A stretch of 22,938 nucleotides of DNA. Source: Candidatus Izemoplasmatales bacterium. GTDB taxonomy: Bacteria; Bacillota_I; Bacilli_A; Izemoplasmatales; Hujiaoplasmataceae. The stretch lies in the NCBI GenBank assembly GCA_050177605.1, contig JBFXGX010000003.1, positions 1-22,938 of the forward strand, read 5' to 3'. The first letter of the stretch is position 1, and the number at the start of each line of letters is the position of its first letter. The notes below the pieces were generated by a model. The model saw only the letters and a list, made by a program, of their open reading frames with translations, was not told the origin of the DNA and searched no databases. Positions 16,401-22,938 of the stretch are shown here, one piece after another. Position numbers and translations under genes: made by a program.

Positions 16401-17227
16401 TCTACATTCCTCTCTAAATATCTTTGTATTAATGAACCTGCATCACATATCTCAACAATGTTTCCCATTTTTGAGATTTGATTTACAATTTCTTCCTTAA
16501 AAATAGAGTTTTTATCAAACAAGCAACCTGAAAAGACTAATTTAATTGGTTTTTCTCTGATTTCTGACAAAAGATGTTCTGACCGATAACGAATTTCATC
16601 CATACGATCCGAAAAATTACGATAAGCATATTGGTTTACAGATGAGAAATTCGCGGTTAAAAGGGCAATATCAATCATTTCCATCTTTGAACAATTCTCA
16701 GTAAATGAAGATATATCATCACTCGATAATAAATGGTACCTTTGAATCAATTCGTTTGAAAAATTCGTCCGTTCGACGATGCCTGATAGTACACTCGATA
16801 GATATCTCATTGTATCAAAAAAGATTCGTTTTGCACTCCCTGGAGAACCTTCTCCTAGGTCCAAATTCTCGATGGCAATCACTTTATTTTGATAATAGAG
16901 AACTGTTTCTGTCTTTATATCTCCAGATAAATGATAGGTCACTTCATTTGGATTTAAAAAAGAATCAAAAGAAATATATTTAATCACTGATTTTGGCGCA
17001 AAGCTCCTACAGATTTCTCCATAATAGTGCAAAATGGCTCTGCTTTTTTGTGGGTAATTGAGGTCAACAAACAATACCTTTACGTCGTTCATATCAAGTT
17101 GGACCCTCGACAATGCCATATGAAAGTCACCTTGATATTCTATATAAGTTGTGATTTCTTCGCCCTGAAAATGATAGTGTAATTGAATTTGACATGATCT
17201 AAATATAATAGAAAGTATTTTTTGCAT
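16397..17227 (-). CDS. Hypothetical protein, probable degenerate BadF/N-acetylglucosamine-kinase-like (ASKHA fold)
   Basis: RBS AGGAGG. LGEGSPGSAKRIFFDTMRYL resembles the NAGK-type LGDEGSGYWIGxxALR, and LVFSGCLFDKNSIFKE resembles VxLxGGVFxxxxxxxE. Length fits; ATP motifs are not recognisable. The family call is by eye only. Confidence 0.55.
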   Translation of the reverse strand: MQKILSIIFRSCQIQLHYHFQGEEITTYIEYQGDFHMALSRVQLDMNDVKVLFVDLNYPQKSRAILHYYGEICRSFAPKSVIKYISFDSFLNPNEVTYHLSGDIKTETVLYYQNKVIAIENLDLGEGSPGSAKRIFFDTMRYLSSVLSGIVERTNFSNELIQRYHLLSSDDISSFTENCSKMEMIDIALLTANFSSVNQYAYRNFSDRMDEIRYRSEHLLSEIREKPIKLVFSGCLFDKNSIFKEEIVNQISKMGNIVEICDAGSLIQRYLERNVE

Positions 17228-17245
17228 AGCAACCTCCTAAACGGT

Positions 17246-17968
17246 TTACTTTTTGCAGCAATCCTCTAAATAGTTTTTCGCAAATGGTCTAATAATAAAA
17301 TAGCTAAGTAATAATACATAAATAACTTGTAAAACAGCGCTAATGATAGCAATTCCAAGTGATGAGCCAACACTCGAGATGAGTACGTCATCAATGAGAA
17401 TTCCAGACAAATAAGCTGGAGATACAAGTAATGCATATTGAAACTGTAATGGAATCAATCCTGCTGAATAAAAAATAGGTATCGAACTAAAAAGTATAAT
17501 ATATGTCAAATAACTAAAGGAAAGAACACCCGAGGTTTTTGAGATAATTGAAAGCGTTAAGCCGATTAGAATATGAAGCAAAGATCCTAATAAGAAAGCA
17601 AGTATGAATAACAAGTAAGAAAAGTGAAGATGATATGCAAATGTGATGACGATGATGTAGAAAAAGAGTGGGATTAATTGTAAAGTTAAGGAAGAAACAA
17701 TCTTCGAAAATACGATTTGATTTTTATCTATATCTCCTTCTTCTTTTGGAATTACCGTCTGATCTTCTCTTTCAATAAACAGTAACATAGCAAACAAAAT
17801 AACAGGTAAAACAAAAATACTAATGTAAATATAATTTGCCATCGAAATATTACGATAAAATGCCATCAATGCGGCCAATAAGAAACTAATTGCGACATGA
17901 ATATGAAGAATTTTATATTCTTTCATTCTTATAAAATCATTTCGCACTAATTTTTTGAAATTATTCAT
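17246..17968 (-). CDS. ABC-2-type exporter permease (about 6 TM; fluoroquinolone/multidrug export permease-like)
   Basis: About six hydrophobic segments; LLFIEREDQT...IVFSKIVS matches the ABC-2 'ExExxT...xxxxK' pattern; LGLTLSIISKT and LLVSPAY. Start likely ATG 17968 after RBS GGGGAG, overlapping the upstream stop. Confidence 0.75.
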   Translation of the reverse strand: MNNFKKLVRNDFIRMKEYKILHIHVAISFLLAALMAFYRNISMANYIYISIFVLPVILFAMLLFIEREDQTVIPKEEGDIDKNQIVFSKIVSSLTLQLIPLFFYIIVITFAYHLHFSYLLFILAFLLGSLLHILIGLTLSIISKTSGVLSFSYLTYIILFSSIPIFYSAGLIPLQFQYALLVSPAYLSGILIDDVLISSVGSSLGIAIISAVLQVIYVLLLSYFIIRPFAKNYLEDCCKK

Positions 17969-19298
17969 CACAAGACTCCCCCATTTCAATTTGATAGATG
18001 ATATTTAAGTAACTTTGAAGGCTATAAAAATATGATTTATGTAATTTTTTTGAACTCGAAAAATAATTAGCAGATACAAGTTCATACTCATTTGATTCTT
18101 TAATAATTACACTGTCTGTAGGATACTTAACAACTAAATCTGAATGTTGATAGGTGTGAATCTGATTTTTAGAACCAATCATCGTAATCGTGGATGCAAA
18201 GTAATAAGATAGATGAACATTATTATCAATCAATACTATTTTACTTCCGTTTGGTCGATACTTCAATAGAAACTCAAAAAGCTTTGCTTTTTCACCTTCA
18301 TTAAAGTCATCGAATGAATGATAGATAACAAAAGTTTGTTTTGGCTCTTGAAGAGCTAAGAAAATAAGCACCATTTTTTGTGACACTTTATCGAGTGTAT
18401 GAATAGAATCACTCATCCAATCAATGGATTGAAATAAATCCAGATTAATCATAACTGATTTTTTCTTCAATTCTTTTGTGAGATAGGTGAACACTTTTAA
18501 TTTTGATGATAATTTCTTACTTAATAAAACTTGATTATCGACTTCAAACGGTAATTTCCTATTTGAAATATAAGTTGTTGTATCAGATTGAAAGGATTTC
18601 ATCAAGTCAAAAAGTGTAGATTTGTTGAAAAAAGGATCAATAATACCATAAATTTGATTATTTTCAACGGATGGAAGAAACGATGTACTTAATTGGATTT
18701 GTTTTGCCAAATAGTTTTCTTTCGAAACCATTTCATTTGAATTTTCAAATAATGCGATGGACAAGATATCAATAAATCGGTCTAGATTAAAATCACTTTC
18801 GCGATAATACAAGATAAAATCTCCATAAAAACGATGAATTGTGACCGCCCAGAATGGTTTCAATTTTACCTCAGTATCGGTGATTCTTTTTAGAATTCTT
18901 TCATAAGGAGATTTGATTGTATTTTGTATAACATTCTCGTAAAAATCGCTAGACTCTCTAAAAAGTTGTTGGTTTAGATTTAGGTAACGGATATCTTCTC
19001 TTGAAACATCGATTAATGACTCAAATAATAGCGTCAAATAGCCTTTTGGAGTTTGTTCTGTACTTCCCTCTAAACGTAAGTTAACATAAGTAATTTGTTC
19101 AACAAACATCGCGTCTATAAGTGCAAAGTATAACTCTTGTTTATCTTTAAAGCGATAATAAAAACTTCCTTTATTTGAGTTACTTTCCTTGATGATGTCA
19201 TTTAATGAGGCACTTTCAAAAGACTTATTTGAAAACATCTCAATAGTTGCATTATATAGAGCACTGTTTGATCGTAAGTAATAGGTTCTATCATTCAT
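17961..19298 (-). CDS. TetR/AcrR-family regulator fused to a degenerate ABC-ATPase-like domain
   Basis: N-terminal HTH FSNKSFESASLNDIIKESNSNKGSFYYRFKDKQELY. C-terminal half is colinear with an ABC NBD (QIYGIIDPFFNKSTLFDLM; IHTLDKVSQKMVLIFLAL; TFVIYHSFDDFN; GSKIVLIDNNVHLSYYFASTITMI). Confidence 0.8.
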   Translation of the reverse strand: MNDRTYYLRSNSALYNATIEMFSNKSFESASLNDIIKESNSNKGSFYYRFKDKQELYFALIDAMFVEQITYVNLRLEGSTEQTPKGYLTLLFESLIDVSREDIRYLNLNQQLFRESSDFYENVIQNTIKSPYERILKRITDTEVKLKPFWAVTIHRFYGDFILYYRESDFNLDRFIDILSIALFENSNEMVSKENYLAKQIQLSTSFLPSVENNQIYGIIDPFFNKSTLFDLMKSFQSDTTTYISNRKLPFEVDNQVLLSKKLSSKLKVFTYLTKELKKKSVMINLDLFQSIDWMSDSIHTLDKVSQKMVLIFLALQEPKQTFVIYHSFDDFNEGEKAKLFEFLLKYRPNGSKIVLIDNNVHLSYYFASTITMIGSKNQIHTYQHSDLVVKYPTDSVIIKESNEYELVSANYFSSSKKLHKSYFYSLQSYLNIIYQIEMGESCDE

Positions 19299-19318
19299 TT
19301 TAGTAATCCCTTCCTTTG

Positions 19319-19348
19319 TATACCACTTGGTCTAGACTGACTAGTCTA
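19319..19348. promoter_or_regulatory. Tandem palindromic TetR-type operators
   Basis: TATACC-actt-GGTCTA (19319-19334) and TAGACT-gact-AGTCTA (19333-19348), overlapping by 2 nt, between the -10 box and the RBS of the tetR fusion. Confidence 0.75.
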
Positions 19349-19376
19349 TTATAAAATGTTTTTTCAAAAAAGTCAA
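19348..19376 (-). promoter_or_regulatory. sigma70/sigmaA promoter of the tetR-fusion operon
   Basis: TTGACT (19376-19371), 17-nt spacer, TATAAT (19353-19348); near consensus. Confidence 0.85.
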
Positions 19377-19385
19377 TATTCCATG

Positions 19386-19409
19386 AAAAAAAGCAACCAA
19401 AAAGTTGCC
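19386..19409 (-). terminator. Intrinsic terminator of the folA-plsC-cof-pap2-ycxB run
   Basis: Minus strand GGCAAC-tttttg-GTTGCT followed by a T-run, immediately after the stop at 19409. Confidence 0.65.
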
Positions 19410-19909
19410 TATTTCAATGATTTTATTTTGTCAGATAAGAAATGAAAGAGGTTCTCTCCATCTTCTTGGTTTCTAAATCCATTCTTTGAAATAATCATTG
19501 GAACCGGTGATTTCTTAAAATAACCAAGAAGGAGATCTCTTGTCAGAACCACTTTCTTAAGTTCGACATATGATACTTCTTTTTCGGTTGTTTCATTCAT
19601 TTGAGATACAACAAATGTATCTTCATTAAAATGGTATTCCATTGAAACCTGATTTTTATCAAACTCTTTGGCTGTTCTTGAGGATGTGACCATGTTGACC
19701 AGCAAAAGGATCAGTAAATTAAAGGCAAAAATACCCCACAACACAAGAATATATTTACCCATATGAATGATATTTAGATAAAATGAAGCAACAATGACAA
19801 CTACAAATAACAAACTAAATCTCGTCAATAAGAAGCGAAATAGGAAATAACGATTGTACTTGATTGACAAGTCTTTATTGTATACAGTTTGATTATAAAG
19901 ATCCATCAT
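19409..19909 (-). CDS. YcxB-like membrane protein
   Basis: Two TM segments followed by YHFNEDTF...VSYVELKKV...MIISKNGF...LFHFL, typical YcxB-like architecture. ATGA overlap with the upstream gene. Confidence 0.65.
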   Translation of the reverse strand: MMDLYNQTVYNKDLSIKYNRYFLFRFLLTRFSLLFVVVIVASFYLNIIHMGKYILVLWGIFAFNLLILLLVNMVTSSRTAKEFDKNQVSMEYHFNEDTFVVSQMNETTEKEVSYVELKKVVLTRDLLLGYFKKSPVPMIISKNGFRNQEDGENLFHFLSDKIKSLK

Positions 19910-20862
19910 ATTCTAACCTTCTTAAACAACATTGGATAAACGCCAATGCCGATAAAGACCATGGATAAGTAACGAATTAAGTCAAATAATAATGCAATAC
20001 TAGATTTAAGGAGTTCTCCTTCAAGTAATTCTTCAGGATTAATAAAAACCCCAAATATGGCTTTTAAAAGAATACGAACTGCCATGACAACTGCGATTCC
20101 AAGGATAAAACGAATTAAATTTTTGAGAACATGATGGTGTGTTTCAAAATTAACCTTTTTCTTTTCAAAAGATACCCCGAATATGAAACCAATAATCGAT
20201 CCTGCCATTTTAGCTAGACCTTCGATATTATTATATAAGACGGAAGCGTTACTTAATTCAGCTGTCGCTTTCGAAGTAAATAAGAAATACATATAAGTTA
20301 AGAAAGTAACAATTAACGTTCCTTCTAAAATGAATAGATAAAGTTTATGCTCATCAAGATTCTTTCTAAAATACCATGCCATAACAAATGATATTCCAAC
20401 ACCAAGTAAACCGCCAACGATCACGTCAGATAAATAATGAGCGCCTAAATACATTCTACTAAGGGCGACCATCACAATAATCACCGTCGCAGAGACACTA
20501 ATCCAGTTTTTCTTAAGCCAAATAGCGAAACTTGTAAAGAGGGTAGCTGCCCCTTGCGTATGTCCTGATGGAAACGCGTATCCTGTCGCTGTATCTGGTC
20601 GAATATTTTGTACGTTACTGTCGACAACATAAGGTCGAGGTCGCGACACCAAAATCTTAATTGTGGAATTCAAAACTAACGAAATAAATACGGTTACGCC
20701 AACGCGTTCGCCAATCTTTTTATCGTAAATCCAATATAAAAATCCAAGGATTCCGATAATAATGAGTTCCTCTCCAAACATTGTCCAAAACTGAAAGAAA
20801 AAATCAAGTATTGTGGATCTAAATGATTGAAGCCAATGAATAATTTCTAGTTCAAAGTTCAT
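19906..20862 (-). CDS. PAP2-family membrane phosphatase
   Basis: Motifs K-x4-RPRP, FPSGH and SRMYLGAHYLSD; multiple TM segments. Confidence 0.93.
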   Translation of the reverse strand: MNFELEIIHWLQSFRSTILDFFFQFWTMFGEELIIIGILGFLYWIYDKKIGERVGVTVFISLVLNSTIKILVSRPRPYVVDSNVQNIRPDTATGYAFPSGHTQGAATLFTSFAIWLKKNWISVSATVIIVMVALSRMYLGAHYLSDVIVGGLLGVGISFVMAWYFRKNLDEHKLYLFILEGTLIVTFLTYMYFLFTSKATAELSNASVLYNNIEGLAKMAGSIIGFIFGVSFEKKKVNFETHHHVLKNLIRFILGIAVVMAVRILLKAIFGVFINPEELLEGELLKSSIALLFDLIRYLSMVFIGIGVYPMLFKKVRI

Positions 20863-21680
20863 AATTTATTCTCCTTGGATATTAAATAATATGATAAAAC
20901 TTCACTAACACCATCGAAATCATTCGATAATGTCACCATGTTTGCTGCTTCTTTGACGGACGATTTCGCATTTCCCATCGCAACTCCCAGCCCAGCGAAT
21001 TCTAACATGGATATGTCATTTTCTTCATCACCAAATGCAATGACATCTTTCGGTTGAATACCTAAATCATTACATAATCTACTGAGAGCATCCCCTTTGG
21101 TGCCATTTAGTGCTACAAATTCTAAGAGTCGTGGATGGCTTTTAAATAGATTAAAAGGCATCATTTTATTCTGTTGAAAATGCCTTTTAAACTCGTTTAA
21201 TCGATTTTCATCTTCATAGACGAGAATTTTATAAAGTGGATGATTCACTTTCCAATGATGCATATTAATATCTTTCATTTTTAGTGGCGAATTTTCAGTT
21301 TGATGTAATTGAAAAATCAAATCTTTTGAACGATAAACTGTATCTTTCGAAAAAGCATGTATTTTTAAATCGGCTTCGTTGAGCATCTTGATAATTTCAC
21401 GCGAATCTTCAATTGATAAGAAGACTTCATGTAAAACTTTTTTTGACTTCAAATGGGTTGTTTTTACGCCATTATAGGAAATGATATACGCTAAATCATA
21501 ATCTTCAAGTTGAAGTGGTGATAACATATCGATTAATTCATAATCGGTTCTTCCAGATGCAACAACAATCGTATAACCTTGTTCCTTTAGATACTGAAAA
21601 GATGCGATTGTTTTCTTTGAAAAATTACCACTTGAGGTAAGTAATGTTCCATCTAAATCCGTCGCTATACATTTCATCAT
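20859..21680 (-). CDS. Cof-type HAD-IIB hydrolase
   Basis: DLDGTLL, ASGR, SYNG, KGDAL and AFGDEENDISML...GVAMGNA. Start uncertain (ATG 21680/21677 vs TTG 21692). Confidence 0.93.
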   Translation of the reverse strand: MMKCIATDLDGTLLTSSGNFSKKTIASFQYLKEQGYTIVVASGRTDYELIDMLSPLQLEDYDLAYIISYNGVKTTHLKSKKVLHEVFLSIEDSREIIKMLNEADLKIHAFSKDTVYRSKDLIFQLHQTENSPLKMKDINMHHWKVNHPLYKILVYEDENRLNEFKRHFQQNKMMPFNLFKSHPRLLEFVALNGTKGDALSRLCNDLGIQPKDVIAFGDEENDISMLEFAGLGVAMGNAKSSVKEAANMVTLSNDFDGVSEVLSYYLISKENKL

Positions 21681-21685
21681 AACAA

Positions 21686-22516
21686 CTAACAATCTTCCTT
21701 GATTGTTTTTTTAAATTCATTTTGTTTTTCAAGAATAATTGCTTTTACTTTTTCAGCTACATCGATCGTATCTAGATCTTGATATTCTGAATAAGGAATC
21801 TTCGGAAAAATGTGAATATAAGCCGTATGACGCTTAATCCGTCCTTTTTTAAGCACGCCATGCATATTATATAGACAAACAGGGATAATATCAGCACCTG
21901 GTTTTTGAGCTAACTTAAATGCACCTGGTTTAAAATCGATTAACTCATTCTTATAAGTTCTCATTCCTTCAGGAAAAATACCCATCGGTTGTCCATCTTT
22001 CACAGCTTTGATACTTTCAACAATGGATTTCATTGCACTTCTATCGGCATTTTTAGAGATAGGAATATTGCCAGAGCCTGCTAGTATTTGTTTAATCAAG
22101 AATACCTTAAATAAAGGTTCTTTAGCGACAAAGGACAATGGAAATTTATGAAAGACTACTTTTAAATAAATCGGGTCAGTATACTCTATATGGTTTGAAA
22201 TAACAACAAATAAACGGTTAGTTGGTAGATTTTCTTTACCCGTCACAACAAGTTTCACTCGGAATAAATCAAGGAAAACATAACGAGCAAAAACGTTTAA
22301 CAAACCATGTTTAAACATGCTTTTCTTATCAGATTTCTCAGTCACAAAAATCGTTATTGCAAATAAAATAACTAACACAATCATGAAAGCAACTGCACTC
22401 GCAATGAATACCCCTAAAATAGACAAAACTCCAAGAAAGTTTAAGACAACAGCGGATTTCACTACATAATATACAGTCATTGCTAAAGCAAAGAATAGTT
22501 GAAGTAACAAAATCAT
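21686..22516 (-). CDS. plsC: 1-acyl-sn-glycerol-3-phosphate acyltransferase (PlsC family)
   Basis: NHIEYTD (HX4D), FVAKEPL, IFPEGMR, FKPGAF; N-terminal TM segments. Confidence 0.88.
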   Translation of the reverse strand: MILLLQLFFALAMTVYYVVKSAVVLNFLGVLSILGVFIASAVAFMIVLVILFAITIFVTEKSDKKSMFKHGLLNVFARYVFLDLFRVKLVVTGKENLPTNRLFVVISNHIEYTDPIYLKVVFHKFPLSFVAKEPLFKVFLIKQILAGSGNIPISKNADRSAMKSIVESIKAVKDGQPMGIFPEGMRTYKNELIDFKPGAFKLAQKPGADIIPVCLYNMHGVLKKGRIKRHTAYIHIFPKIPYSEYQDLDTIDVAEKVKAIILEKQNEFKKTIKEDC

Positions 22517-22938
22517 TTATCTCACCCTCTCATACACAGCAAATGTCAAATCTTCAGTTTCTTCTTTTGAGATGACCTTAAAATCAGATAAATCAAATTT
22601 TTTCAGATAAACATCACCAACATGTTCTTTCTTGATATGTGTAATGTAAAGACGATCAGCGTATGGGAATGAAAGTTCATAAATCGTTTTTCCGCCAATA
22701 ACAAAGATTTCTTCTTCTCTTGGCTTTTTTAAGTAAGCAAATAAATCATCAATAACCTCTGCACCAGGGTATTCATAAGGAACCAAAGAGGCAATCACAC
22801 TATGACGATTTGGAAGTGGTTTATGAATTCTGGATAAAATCGACTTGAATGTTTCAAGTCCCATTAATACAGTTTTACCACTTGTTTTCTCACGAAAATA
22901 TTTTAAATCTGCTTTGTAATCCCATGGTAAGTCATTTC
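22517..22938 (-). CDS. folA: Dihydrofolate reductase, 5'-truncated by the window edge
   Basis: Frame extends past the track's start: NDLPWDYKADLKYFREKTSGKTVLMGLETFKSI...PLPNR...IFVIGGKTIY...LYITHI...GDVY. Confidence 0.95.
   Translation of the reverse strand, partial: NDLPWDYKADLKYFREKTSGKTVLMGLETFKSILSRIHKPLPNRHSVIASLVPYEYPGAEVIDDLFAYLKKPREEEIFVIGGKTIYELSFPYADRLYITHIKKEHVGDVYLKKFDLSDFKVISKEETEDLTFAVYERVR

Noticed and set aside
12203..16983. Small ORFs within or antisense to the GH2, GH36 and kinase-like genes
   Set aside because: They are fully nested in long coding genes and have no motif or RBS support.
1..22938. Mycoplasma-type genetic code 4 (TGA=Trp)
   Set aside because: TGA ends several genes in ATGA overlaps (16397, 19906, 20859), and long conserved ORFs read through intact under code 11.

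Overview
Low-GC bacterial DNA read with genetic code 11. Gene content and style suggest a Mollicutes-like lineage such as Izemoplasmatales or Acholeplasmatales (inference). Almost all genes are on the minus strand. From the right end: partial folA, plsC, a Cof-type HAD, a PAP2 phosphatase and a YcxB-like gene, closed by a terminator. Next is a promoter with tandem palindromic operators driving an apparent five-gene operon: a TetR regulator fused to a degenerate ABC-ATPase domain, an ABC-2-type permease, a degenerate sugar-kinase-like protein, a GH36 alpha-galactosidase and a GH2 beta-galactosidase. A plus-strand trypsin-like lipoprotein protease follows, divergent from a 2679-aa acidic membrane-anchored protein (CvpA-like N-terminus plus about 24 tandem 85-91 aa repeats). 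Then comes a long-form rsgA cassette with its own promoter, an unannotated 17-aa leader peptide and ermC-like alternative pairings. The window ends in the 5' part of a second paralog of the giant repeat protein, which the ORF track misses. The most notable items are the rsgA leader-peptide attenuator, the paired giant repeat proteins and the operon carrying two apparent pseudoenzymes.
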